From: Paraphysomonas bandaiensis
Lineage: Eukaryota > Protista > Chrysophyceae
Assembly: GCA_965644295.1 (NCBI GenBank)
Contig: CBFFRP010000041.1
Location: 288,854-352,853 of the forward strand
DNA: 64,000 nt
Direction of reading: 5' to 3'
The translations under genes and the position numbers were made by a program. Positions 13,304 to 26,537 of this stretch are shown here, one piece after another. Numbering within the stretch: position 1 is the first letter of the stretch; each line of letters begins with the position of its first letter. The notes below the pieces were generated by a model that was not told the origin of the DNA, made no database searches, and was given only the letters and a program-made list of their open reading frames with translations.

Positions 13304-16300
13304 TCAGTTGTGACCAAATGCACCAGTACCAGCCTGAAGTAACGACTCTTCTGATGATCTCTTGGAACGTCTTCTCTCGATCTTTGCCAACAGATATCTC
13401 TTCTGAAGTCGTCTTCGAACGAAAAACCAAAATATGAGCGCAAAGAAACCTATAATAGAAAAGCAGAGAATGAGCGTAACACTATCTCTCTCTGTGTCTG
13501 AAGGAATAAATATCGTGTGATGGCAAGTCACAAATCTATCTAGCTCGTCCGTGTTCCCCTCGTATCCCTCTACACAATCTGTGGTACCAAAAATATACTC
13601 TGGGCCTTTCCGCACCAATACATTGCGGTAATTCCACATAGGGTCCTGCCATGCACCGTCACATTTGTTTCCCGTGGCATCACATATGGTCACATCGTAA
13701 GCCATCTTGCACAAGCAAGTGCACTGATTCGGCTGCGTGCAATTGCCACGCTTGAATTTTCGACCGTCATACGAATGCACGTCGAAAATATCAACTATGC
13801 CACAAGGATCCGATTCGAAAGCTATCACCTTGTCCTCGAATATAGTTGGCAGCTGCGTCCTTGTGAGCGGGTCCGCAACAACCTCACAAACTGGAGTCCT
13901 ACAGTCGTAGCCCGTCCACCCTTCGGCACAGGTACAAACTTCAGGGGCCGTGCAGTTACCCCCATTCGCACAACGGTAGCAACCCTCTCCTGCTGGTGCT
14001 TGGGGGAGGTCCGTGCAAAAAGGATCGTAGTATCCCTGTACACACATTGGTATCGAACAGTCGGAACCCGTCCATCCCGTTACTCCGCGGGCTGCTTCCG
14101 TGTGCGCCATCCATAACACAGAGTCTGTTTGAACACATTCACAGTCATCTCGAGAAGCGCATATTCCGCTGTTAAGACAGCTGGTGACCTCTCCGGAGGG
14201 CTGAAGGTGTCTGCAAAGGGGTGTGTTACAGTCATAACCCTCATACCCGTCTGTACATGAGCACAAGTCTGGACCTAAACAAGAGCCCTCATTGTAACAT
14301 GCATAAATACCCTCTCCAGGTACTTCTGGCCCCTGAACCCATCCCTCTTCTCCTGGAATACCAATCATGTTCGGGTAGTTGATCCTCACGTGTCGCCCAT
14401 GTTTGAGACCGTATAAAGTTCCCACGCCCTCGATATCTGACAAACCCGCATCATCCACATAGTCCCCTTGTATCCACTCTTGTACATTGCACAGAAAGAG
14501 GTCCGACGTCAGGTTACTGCGGAAGTTGTAGGAAGAGTACAGAGGGTCCTTGTCGGTGTAGTACTGTGCTTTTCCATTTCTCCTAGGCGAATGGTATTTG
14601 CCGCACAAACGGAAGTTGGCGTCGTCGTCTAAAAAGAATTCGAACTTTGATATCTCGGATCCTTTACCTGTTGTTAATGTGGGTGCTGCAGAGCAGTAGT
14701 ATGTGTTTTCCGTTTGAACGGCATCTTCTTCCTCACACACGTAACAGTCGTATTCGTCGTTGGGATAAGAGAAACAACAGCCGGTGCTTAACACATCGAA
14801 ACCGCAACCTGTCTGGAAACTCCTGCCATCATTACTGGTAACTTCAACATCGAACACCGGACATCTCGGAAGGACATTCCCGCCTTCTACACACTCAAGG
14901 AGGTTATCACCTCCATGACCCCCAAGTGTCTGAAAGTTAGCTGTGTCCGTCCGCTCTGTATTAAGGAGAAACTTTTCGGCTTGCACGCATATAGGAATAG
15001 AGCAGTCATAACCAGTCCACCCCGTGTCCTGAGGGTCGCCATTTGGTTTCCTAAAAAGCGGTCTACCTCCTCCATTCCTACCGTCTCGCTGTTCATTGGG
15101 CCATTGTCTACACTGGCATGTATCAGGAGCAACGCACACCCCCCCATTTTGACACTCTTGCGCACATATTGGGATCGAGCAGTCAAAACCCTCCCAGCCC
15201 TTTTCACAAGTACAAGTTTCTGGGAAAGTACAGTTCCCATTGTGTTGACACTCGAAGTGGCATACTGGAGTTCGACAGTCGTATCCCTGCCATCCTTCCG
15301 CACAACGGCACTTATTGGGGCCCTCACAAGTACCGTTATTGAAGCACCCTCTAACGACTTCGTTCACGCATTCACCACCAGCAGCCACCCAGCGGCCAAG
15401 AGAAGTCACTTTGAACACGTCGTACGACACACGCGAGCGAAAGGCCAAATCAGGATCCTGGACAAAGACATCAAATCGCTCGGATTGCAAATCAAAGTCC
15501 TTGCTCGAGTCGGAGCAGTTTCGATCGAACTCCATGATACATGTGCCATACTCCCAAATATTATATGTACGATTCCATACTCCAAAGACACGGTACCCTT
15601 CGTTGGTGTACATATAAGTGATATTCTCGACATTGGTAACATATATCCTAGACTTTTGGTGCAGTGGAGGCCACTCCATTCCAGTCCAGTTTGTGTACGT
15701 ATGACCATCTCGCTCAACTTTTGGGTTCATATAACGCGAGTAATAATTGGGATGAGAGTGGACATAATCTCTATTCTCCCAGTCAGTCATGGCTCGAACT
15801 GAACACCTGTACCCGCCTTGCTTAGTTTCCACACGATACAAGTTCGTCCAGTCAGCCGGTCCCAGATATCTCTCTCCTCCATGATCCCGAATTTCCCAAC
15901 CAATGAAGGACTGGTTATGATATGTTTCCCACTGCATTGTGTAATTAGGATTGGAATATGGCCACGCCAGGCGGTATGAGTTATTTCCCATAAAGGGTAA
16001 AAAGTATCTTAGCTCATCGTCCGTCTCAAGACCACTTACAAATTTGGTTTGATCTTCAAAGTAATATCCTTGTTCACAAATAGGTGTCCGACAGTCGAAT
16101 CCCATCCATCCTTCAGCGCACTCGCAAACATCCGGAGCGGTGCAGTTACCTCCATTCGCACAGGCGTACACTCCTTGAGACATATTTAACCACTGCACAT
16201 ATGCAATCTGCCGGTCTGGAGTGTATTCCCACGGCCCCGTATGACCCTTGGTAGGCGTTTCGTATCCACGCCAAGGGTTCAGCACATTCGATGTATATTT

Positions 16301-19300
16301 CGCATTGGGGGCATAACGACGGACACCGGTAGTTGTATTGTCGGCATACAACAGTTCGAATGGAAGAATATAGTCGATTGGAAGCTCAATTTGCATACAA
16401 CGCGTTGGTCGTGTCTTTCGGCCTGTTATTCGCCTCCATTCCCCTCCGGACGGCAGCTCTATGACTAACCGCTCAATGTCGTCTTGGTAACATTCAAACT
16501 CATTCGTAGCATTACACCAGGTCTCAAGGTTACATGGTCTATAAAGTGGCCAATGTTGTAAATTTGTGCTATACAGATGGTTCGGGAACTGTGTTGGGTT
16601 TTTCTTAAAGTATCCCTGAGTGCATACCGGGACGGAGCAATCATAATTAATCCACTGGGGAGGACATATACAAGTGTTAGGGGCAACACAGTATCCGCCG
16701 TTCATACAGGTCTGTTCACAGACAGGTATGCGGCAGTCATCTCCGGTCCAGTCCGTGGGACATACACACACATTAGGAGCGGTACAGTTGCCTCCGTTGG
16801 CGCACGTTCTGGAGCACACAGGGGTGGTGCAGTTGGTATCGAACCACCCATCTGCACAACTGCATGTATCAGGAGCTGAACATGTGCCACCATTGTAGCA
16901 CTCCTGGATACACTGTGGAACATCACAGTTAGGTCCTTCGTATCCCGGTTTGCAGGTACAAGTATCTGGCGAAGTGCAGAGCTCATTTTCTGAACACGGG
17001 CTGGTGCAGTGAGGGACTGTACAGTCTATACCGGACCAGCCTGGCTGGCACATACAGGTGTCTTGCTTCACACAAACACCACCATTCTCACATATCTGAG
17101 TGCAGACAGCCGAGAGACCACGTATCATGTTGTTGCCAGAGTCAGCAATGTAGAGAAAAGTACCATTGGTAATGATGGATTTTATATTGGCTGCAACTCC
17201 TTGAGGCTTGTCAAAGAATGCGCCCTGGGCAGGCTGAGAGTCCCCATAAGCACATCCGATGTCCAAATGCGCAGTGGGGTGACCAGATATGGTGTGCACC
17301 ATTACAACAGACACTTCTGTCGGGGCAATACTGAAAATGCGCTCCTCGTCCGCGCTCATGTCAAGTGACGTGATTCCATTCCTGGTGGTGCTCTTGTTGT
17401 AGGCATCTCCTGATCCATGGATGTAGAAGTAACGCTGAAAAGTTACTCGGATGTACCCACCGACAGCATCATCAATCACACCATCATGGACCGCGGCCCG
17501 ACACACACTGGAATCATCGGAGTACCACTCATTGCCAGCGATAGGATATGAGGTACCGCTACCACAGCTACTCGGGCAATAAACAATAACCACCCCGCCT
17601 TGTTCACTGTCCTCGTTCACATAACTTCTCTCGTCGTCAATTACCAAGTTGTCCCCAGTCAAATTAAGTGAGCGCTTGTCCAGCTTCTCCACTGGAGGCA
17701 CGCCTACACAGTTTTTAATGTACTTTCCATGATCCTTATGTGGGTCCCTCTCATTCGGCCAATCATTAGAATATAAGAAATTAGCCTCAGCATGTGATAT
17801 CTTTCTTCCAATGTCGTCAAAGGGCATATCGTAACTAACACATCCAGAGGGACGCATGAGCTCTTTCGCCATAACCTCGCACCCAATCTCCGGAGCAACC
17901 AGAGGCATTGGTGTTATACGGCGAACTTTACACGAGGCAGTATCCACCACATAAGCAATGTTGTCCTCCGTCACTATAACGCCTGCGGGGTTGAAGAAGG
18001 TACTCTCATCCCCCGGCCCATCATCATATCCCTGGAAAGAATTCCCTGCTACCGTAGATACTCGGCCCATAGACCGGATTGTGTATATCTCAGTCTCAAC
18101 AGATGGTAACTCAATTAGGCGGATACGATGTTCATCAGCCACATACACTGTATTATTCGGACCTCTTGACACGTCCACAGGATTATAGAACTGTGCATAT
18201 GACAAGTTTCCATCCCTGAAACCTGGAACCCCGATGAGACAGGGTGGAGGGCATCCACCTACTGGGTTGCCGTCTTCATCTGCAGGACCGTTTGCGATTT
18301 CACCAGCAAGGGTATACGTGGTACCGTTATTGAGTACCCATCGAATGAGCCAGTTCCCTGTATCTGCTACAACTATATTTCCGTTATCGAGGAAAGCAAC
18401 GCCTTCTGGCGCGGAGAACCTTGCCTCTAGACCCAACCCATCCGCAAACCCGGCATAGGGAGTGGCGCGGTACTTAAAGTCAGTGGCAGAGGTCGTATCA
18501 TTACCACAGAGTCCCGTCAAGCACCTCACCTTACAAGAGTACATATCTACAGCATCCACTATATCTATACGACGAATCCTGTGGTTTCCAGTGTCAGCTA
18601 CAACAATGATCTTCGTCAGTGATCCGTTTATGGTGTCATACCGTACGTCCAGGCCTTTTGGTTGCGAGAACTCTGCTTTGCTACAGTCTCCGTCGGTGAA
18701 GCCTGCTTTATTAGGACCCATTCCAGCAATGGTGCTGACTGTGCCATTAGGCATCACCATCCGAATCGCATTGTTATCTGTGTCCGCCACGTAGACGATG
18801 CCGTACTCGTCCACTGCTACACCCTCCGGGTGAAAGAACCGGGCTTCCGTAGCGTTTCCGTCTTCAAATCCCGCGTCTCCACTGCCAGCCAGTGTAAACG
18901 AAAAGCCCTGTGGATTAAAGCTGGGAGTAATGTCGTTTTCTGGGCTTATGGTACAATCCACCCCAGACTCAATGGCTTCGGCACATGTTTTCGGGTACTC
19001 CCATAGGTCTACCTTGCCATCATTTGGCCACCTAGGTTGACCATCGTAAAAGTCGATAATCGTTCTATTGGCCACAGGCCGAGCTACGGCAGGTGCTGAG
19101 AATCCGTGACCAAAGCAGCGGACAGTACAATCGGAGAAATTCGTGTTCGATGGAAGTAGACAGTGGCCGCCGCTAGTTAAGACACAGAAGTGCGTCACAC
19201 TGGAATTTCCATAGTCTCTGCGATGACCCCCGCCCACTGGCCACGCTGTATCTGATATCACGGGGATATTCACAGACATGTTCTCACTGAAAACACCCTG

Positions 19301-19741
19301 TAGCTGCAGCTGGCAGAGGCCCAGCTCAGAGAGACATTCAATTTCCTCGCATATGTGGCACTTACTGGTTCCGCCCTGGACCTGACATTCGTGTCTAAAA
19401 TCTTGCAAGTTTGTGTTAACCCGCCCCTGTACACACGAAACATCACATCACACGGCATCACATGGCATCAATCATACACACAGAGACAGACAGTCACTCT
19501 CACCTTTGTTTCGAGGGTATCGCCTATGTACTTCTCATAAGCAAAAGGCCAATTGGGCTGACGGGACATCTCACACCTTAATAGACAGAGACATGAGACG
19601 CACACAGATCATCAGGTAGAGAGCTTACGAGTGTCTTGTGCTCCATGAGCGGTGCTCTCGCAGCGCATTAACAGCAGGGACATCAAACCCAAATGGAGCG
19701 ATACAAAATATATAAAAATTAACCAATAAACTAATCAGCAT
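13304..19741 (-). CDS. Large type I membrane protein: signal peptide, NHL repeats, LCCL domain, many EGF-like repeats, TM helix, short basic tail
   Basis: The 2034-aa ORF extends in frame through two 5' exons (ATG 19741 MLISLLVNFYIFCIAP; introns 19577-19628 and 19427-19503). NHL motifs (F.hPeGVAvD..VADT.N..IR), LCCL-like YSDDSSVCRAAVHDG, CxNGGxCxxPxxCxCxxGWxGxDC repeats, TM LILCFSIIGFFALIFWFFV then RRR. Confidence 0.88.
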
Positions 19742-21136
19742 TTGGAGAGCTGCTCGAAACTTGCACGTACTCTACCGGCAGGTTATGAAATGCTATTCAT
19801 TATAGCGCACAGCGGACATATGTACCGCCCTCACATATACACACTTCACTTCCAGAAGAAATTATGCAACAAGTAACCCCTCAAGGTGCTGCTATGGTCA
19901 TATACGTATACACTCAAATGAAGTAAACTACTCGAAATACAATAGTCAGATCCGTTGCGTATATTTGTTGGCAGTATACACTGTATTCACATAGTGTATT
20001 CTACATTACGATTGGACGGGCTACACAATTATGTCTGCAGATGCATGCATGGCTGCACGGATGTGTGTGTTCGTGGACTAGGAAGCTGTGTGATATCTTC
20101 TTAAGTCCATATCTAGCAATATACAGCCATATATAGTGCGACAAAGAGTACGTGGCCGACTAACAGTCATTAGAGCTCATGAACACATGAGCAGTTATAT
20201 TATCGGCCCCATATAAACAGCTCTCTTATTTATTTATGTCCAAACAAGAGGACATGACGAGTGGTCGTATTCCTCATTGAAATGGATATTGTCCTGAATT
20301 GACTGAGAAACAGATTCTTTTATGGTGATATCATTGTAATGATGTTGTATAATTTACTGTTGAGATCGATCGGATCAGCTATCATTTTCGTATAGCAGAA
20401 TACATACAAACTCGTAAAGTTGCGTTACAAGATTGACAAAATGTCGTCTTCAATGTCGCTGGGTATGTTATACCACCAGTTCTCTAGATGCGTCAAGAAC
20501 CTTAGAATGGATTCGACTTTAACTCGAATAATAGAGGAAGGAAACGTTGAATGTGTAGAAGTGCGTCTAAAGTAGCCTACTCAAGGACTAGCAGATGATG
20601 ATTGGTTGATTGGGTGTATAAGATCGTAAAAAGCAAAATTTAAGTTTAGATATACCACAATAATCACTGCCTCATTCCGAGTGCAAATCAACTGTGCACC
20701 AAATCAGTATACTTTGTCAAGCGTGATTTAAACATATAGTTAATTGAAACCCCGTTAGTATTCTAGTCAAATGTTGGAAAAAAGTATTTATGTAGCAACG
20801 AGATCCATTCTTAGAACTGTTGTGACTACAAAGGGCAATGGAAAAAAGCCTTATGTTATATATGTTTCAATAAGTAAGTGCTACTTGTGCCACTCTGAAA
20901 CTACTTTGATAGAGAGTGGAACTTCTGTACTTATTATCGTCAACTCCATAGTTGAAAAAATGATTATTATAAAGAACTCGAACAATACTTTGTATTAACG
21001 TAGTAACTCACCAGTACCTTTCTACGAGGTCTGAAAAGACCAGACATAAAATATTACAATATACTGACATTTCTCTCAAACGAATATGCAGTGCATCATG
21101 TCTTATCACAAAACACCAAAGCAATAAACTTCGATC

Positions 21137-22483
21137 TCAATTCATTAAGTCACCCAAAAAGAGTGAGTTATTCCTATTCCAAGCCGTAGGAGGTTCATCG
21201 CCCAGACTTTCTTCGTCTGAGTCACTCCTGCAATTTCCTCGAAGTGCAGATTCAGCCTCTTCCCAGCCACAGTCTATGTCTGTACCTCCCTCTCCGTCCT
21301 CCTGAGAGTATACCGACAGAGTGGTAGCTCCAATGCTCTCACCTGTCATAGCGGAGTATGAAGAAAGAATTTCGTCAATAATAGCGTTGGGGTTACGCAT
21401 ACTATATACAGGTCTATGGGATCCCGAAGGTTCGATCTCACTCCCTATTTGTTCCCACCTCATATGTTGGAGTCTGTTCACAACATACTGTGCCCACTCA
21501 GTCGTATTCCTGGGAGGGTGCGAGAACATGACAGGAGGTGGGCGAAAGAAGCTATCTTGTGAAATGATTCGAGGGGGCGTTAATATTTGGGGCTGCAAGG
21601 AAATGGGAGAAATCGTGGGGATATGTGCAGTTTTTCGGAGGTTAGTTGGGCGCTCTTCTGGAGAGGAATACTGGTCCATAGGTTCCTCCAGGGGACGTTT
21701 ACTCTTTACGAGCTTCGATCGAATCTCTATTCCAGAAGTAGTCGCAGGACTCACGTCGGAACAAGTGGGATCTTTGAGTGTATCAGGGGTAACTACCACA
21801 CAGAAGCATCGACCCTGGTGGCGCATAGACACTTCGTTGATGCGTACTTTAAGCTCAGTTCTCCCGGTGGCCCCAATGTACATACAACTGTCTCGTGTCA
21901 CCTCAAGGATCTCCTGTTTTACAACACTCTCCCCTCCCAAATATTGTAGTCGAATCTTGATAGGAATAGATCTGTTAGTAATATTCTCACTGTTTTCTCC
22001 CACGAGGCCTACCACTATATCAATGCATTTCTGCCTACCTCCCTGGTCCTTGAACCATACACCAGGAATCTCATCGATATTATTTATCACAAGTCTGTGA
22101 CGAATAGGCATCATTGAGCTTGTAACTGCATCTATAACGTGAATGTCACTGATGATTGGTGTGGCCACCATGACAAACTTTCGCTCTCTATATTGTGAAA
22201 CACCATTCAAAATTCGGCACCTAATATTCGTCATTCCACTTGATGAAATCTTCGTTGACGAGGAATCAGCGATGTCAAGAACATGGTCAGCGTATTCATC
22301 CGAGTCAACGCATTTCATCCTTATTTGCAGTGGTACGTCAAGCCCTGTCTTTAGCCTTCCGGTGTCGGTCGTCAGTGACACCCTTACATCGAACCACTTG
22401 TCTAAAAATGGAAACTTTGGCACCTCACTGACTTTCAAATGGTACGTCTCTCGAAGCGGTAGTGCCATGTTTGTAATATTCAT
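21137..22483 (-). CDS. Uncharacterised 448-aa protein with two related beta-rich domains and an acidic tail
   Basis: Intronless ORF; two similar ~125-aa segments, a basic patch (IRSKLVKSKRP), a Pro-rich linker and an acidic C-terminus. Confidence 0.75.
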   Translation of the reverse strand: MNITNMALPLRETYHLKVSEVPKFPFLDKWFDVRVSLTTDTGRLKTGLDVPLQIRMKCVDSDEYADHVLDIADSSSTKISSSGMTNIRCRILNGVSQYRERKFVMVATPIISDIHVIDAVTSSMMPIRHRLVINNIDEIPGVWFKDQGGRQKCIDIVVGLVGENSENITNRSIPIKIRLQYLGGESVVKQEILEVTRDSCMYIGATGRTELKVRINEVSMRHQGRCFCVVVTPDTLKDPTCSDVSPATTSGIEIRSKLVKSKRPLEEPMDQYSSPEERPTNLRKTAHIPTISPISLQPQILTPPRIISQDSFFRPPPVMFSHPPRNTTEWAQYVVNRLQHMRWEQIGSEIEPSGSHRPVYSMRNPNAIIDEILSSYSAMTGESIGATTLSVYSQEDGEGGTDIDCGWEEAESALRGNCRSDSDEESLGDEPPTAWNRNNSLFLGDLMN

Positions 22484-23544
22484 GAAGTCCTATATGAATG
22501 ATGTAGCTCAAAGGACTCTCAGCTGATCTATTTGTGAGCTGATGTGGGGTGTATGATGTATGTATATCCACACTGTTTGCCACGTCGCAATTTCACACCA
22601 CTTCGCGGAAATAGAAAGAATGTTCTGCGGAACTACAGGTACTACACCCAATAATACAGCATTGCATGCGACTTGTATCTATATCTACTGCATGTAGAGC
22701 AGTGTGTATTATACTCACAATGGTTTCTACAATTGCATTGAGAGGTGATCTCAATACATATACGATGTGGAGATTGTCACTGTGCTGCATTTAACTCACA
22801 CTGGTATGGTTATTTCCCTTTTTTATTAATGGCAGTAGAGGAGTGAACGGGTAATCGTGGATTAAGACAACTCGGATTTGCATGCTGATGATGATATTAG
22901 CGGTATGTGTGCACTTATAAGATAGTGTGATGATGAGACGATAACATCTGTGAGTGATATCCACTATGATGTGTCTGAGGTCAAGCACAACTGGTACGAA
23001 GAAGACAGATAGAGTGAATTTTGTAATTGGTAATTTGTTTGATTGGCAGGCCTATACCTCTCATTGGCTGTGCAAGGTACTTATGCTTTTACGCATGAAT
23101 CGTTGCTTATATAATCATATGACAGTTGATCAAGCTATGTTGGTAGCTAATTTATAGCTACTAGAGCATCTATATAGTATCAATTAACTCATAAGGAGCA
23201 CTGAATTCGTCGGCTAATAACTAATAATAATTACCATTGATTACAACCTACTTGTATTAATTGTTACGCCGCCCTGACTTCAACTAACCTGGTCATTTCT
23301 TAACCTGTCATTAGTGACTTGTGATTCCGATAAAGGGAGAACGCCCACCTGACATGTCAATGATTTATATTTTTACGAACTGAGTCACTATTACAATCAA
23401 TTGAGTGACCACATTCAAGTATCAATAGTCGTGTAGCTGGTTTGCTATTCGAGATTATCTAAACCAGGATATGTTAAATTTGGTATTATATGTTGAAATC
23501 TAGTGCCTTGACTGTTACGCAGTTGTAATAAACAATGTTCCTAT

Positions 23545-23800
23545 TCTGGTCTTATCACTTACTACATGCCACGTTTATTAGCAATTTACACATTGAAAGT
23601 CCCATATGGGCTGCGTAAAAACACTCATGAAGTAGCAACAGACAGGCTCACTATAATGAAAATAATTTCTCGGCTATTGCACTCTGCTCTCAATGTTATT
23701 TTTCTGGATGAGAGCAGATAAAATTTGATCAACTATATATATTATCGATAAGGCCAAATTAGTAGCTGTCATATTCCACAGAGTGCAACGAGTGGGAGAA
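23545..23800 (+). mobile_element. Possible IS630/Tc1-like transposase relic
   Basis: One frame reads GLRKNTHEVATDR..LNVIFLDESR*NL, resembling the first-Asp (IFxDES) region; stops present, no TIRs found. Confidence 0.35.
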
Positions 23801-24110
23801 GCGGTTGCTCAGTTTGCTAGAAACACATGTGCAAACGACAATAAGTTACTACATAATTTTAGAGAAAAGTAAATAGCGTCTATGAGTTATTAAGTGCGAA
23901 TTTTCCATCAATTCTCTAGATGAAGTATACATTTATACTGATAATTCTTAAAGAATTACGCAAATGTGCATATAACCTGTAATGCTTACCTATACAGTCC
24001 TCATTCAGCCGTCTAACTACAGAAGCAACAGCTAAGTACGATCCTACAACTAATTTCATTTCGATCTTTATTCAGAAATTCAGAAAAGGAACATCTACAA
24101 TTTTATAACA

Positions 24111-26033
24111 CTACCCCTCATCCGTGTCAACGTGATCCGGGTCATCCCCTTCTTCTTCATGCTGGTTGACGATCTTAACTCTTTTTTCCTTGCACCCATA
24201 CGCTTTGGGATCGAGCCGTATAAGTGTGTTCAAGTTTATAGAGAGGAATGGCAGCTCCTCCATGGGTAAGTCCAGAAAATACGCATAGAGACATCGTAGA
24301 ACCGCCAGGTGTGCAACTATTAGTAGAGGCTCTTTTTGTCGCTCAACCTCAAATATTAGGGGTTCCAAACGGGTGATAACGTCAAAGTAACTCTCACCCC
24401 GAGGATATCTGTACCGCAGTTTGTCGCTCTGTCGGGCCCTGTACTCCTGCGGAAATCTGACCTTTATCTGGTCATAAGTCAAACCGTCACATACTCCCGC
24501 TTCTATCTCCCGTAGCGCTCTCCATTCAACATACCTAAGCACATGTCAATCATGCATATGTGCATCCACGTGTGAAACACGCCATGTAACGTCACATACT
24601 TCGAGGCGTGAAGGCGACGTGCAGTTTCCTTGGCACTGCGCATTGTGGATGACCAAACGGTGAGACCCTGCTCTGGAACCACAGAGAAACCGGTTTCGTC
24701 GAGTTGTAAAAAAGAAGACAAAGCATTTGCAAATTCTATGCCGTGTGCTGTCAGGTCGCTGTCTGCCGTAAACATAGTAGATTAAATGCATACCTGATTT
24801 TACACAAGCAATAAACAAACAAACAATCGTACCTCCCCCAATTAGTCCCCTCTTAATGAACTCGCTTTCTCCCGCACGTACCATGTATATCGTTCTTGGT
24901 GAAGTGTGTATGTTCATCACAAAGGACGCAATTTTAGTGCGTAGGAAGCCGTTGATCTGGTGAAGTTGAATCTTCTCACCGGAGTCATATATCTGTATAT
25001 CACTGTACATTACAGAATTCAATAAGGTAGTAGCACTGATACCTTAATACAACTTCCTTCTGAGTCAAGTAATGTCTCGTAGCTGGTTCTATAGTGACGC
25101 ATACGTAAGTTAAAGTCAGCATCGTTGGTGAAGTCCGGGCTGGTGTGGATGCTGGCGGAGTTGCGAGACAGTATCTGCTCTGCAGATAGGCGATTATGAG
25201 GGATAACGTAATCTACTTTGTATGCAGCAAATTATACCAGGGTCCACAATGTTCTCTATCCACAAAATATTGAACCCGTCCTCCTTGCTGACCCTTTCGC
25301 GAATAAGTTCACGGCGATAAAGGGTCGTGTTCGCGCCATCAATTATAGCAATCTCTCCATCACGCTTAAGGTACCGCATGGCATCCTCAACCGCCGATAA
25401 CATCAGCTCCGCCTGGCAATGCAACGATTTAGAATCAAATCATAGGCATAGAAATAGGCGATTTATGCACCGCACCCGCTGCTGTATATTCTCTTCGTTG
25501 GATGGGTCAAAGAAGTCTGCATTTTTGGTTCCGAATTTTTCCAACCTACGGGTTGCAGTTTAAATATATATACAATAAACAATAAAAAATGCCGACCTGT
25601 ATTTAGCGAGTGAGTATACTCGAGTCCTGTAGCTAATCCATCGCATATAGCGTGATATCTTACGGGCTATAAAAGTTTTCCCAGTGCCAGGTAATCCGAC
25701 CATTACAACCACTAATTTTCCACCTTTCTTATTTCCTGTGTGGAAAAGATCAGTACGCTCCGGACCTCCTTTGTGCATCCAGGTTGGGTCAGATCCAAAG
25801 CCAATGTTAGGACCTTCTGGGTGCTCCTTGTGCTCCCCGTCATCACCCTCCCCCTCTGATGATGACACCAAACTACTCTTAGATGACCCCTCATTTGACA
25901 AAATGAACTTCTCTTTTGTTATGTATATCTTTCCTTTCCTCCTTGATCTCATAAAGTATAGTGCCAGTGCGACGCCGAGACCAGTGGCCGCTAGAATAAT
26001 ATACTTCGACTGCCCCTGCACACTAGAGGTCAT
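24111..26033 (-). CDS. 6-phosphofructo-2-kinase / fructose-2,6-bisphosphatase family protein (multi-exon) with N-terminal hydrophobic anchor
   Basis: [13 protein letters not shown]-loop, [59 protein letters not shown]; the phosphatase RHG motif reads RAG. Confidence 0.92.
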
Positions 26034-26537
26034 ATTCCAGTTACTGATATCGGTTAATAACTAACTAATAGAGGGACCGATAGCTACAATGAAACGTTAA
26101 AACATGTACATAAATAATGAGACGAGCCGTGTCGGCAGCTGTGGCGGGAATATTGAAGTGGGTTAGTATTTAGTATACAATACGCACTGCTGTATGTATA
26201 TACATACACACCATTCTGCAGTATTCTGCTGTGTAGATAACTGTATACTGTACCTTGTATACAGCGGTAGGACGGTGCAGCATCTATATATACATACACA
26301 CACACACCACACCAGAATGCATACCACTGCGAGCGATGCGCTCTTTCGAGCTCATCAACTCTCATACCATTCGGGATCGTCTGGGATACATCCCACTATG
26401 TTCCTGGACCTGTAAATTGAATGAAATCTAATACCATTACCCCCCACACCTCACTCTCGGCTCTCTATGATGTTGACCGTTGCATATCATATTCGCTCTC
26501 TCCTGATAGATTGTAAATATATATAGAGATTTGTCAG

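Noticed and set aside
14915-15802. 295-aa plus-strand ORF and other antisense ORFs (e.g. 21321-22100, 29401-29961)
   Set aside because: Shadow frames of well-supported genes on the opposite strand, with no motifs.
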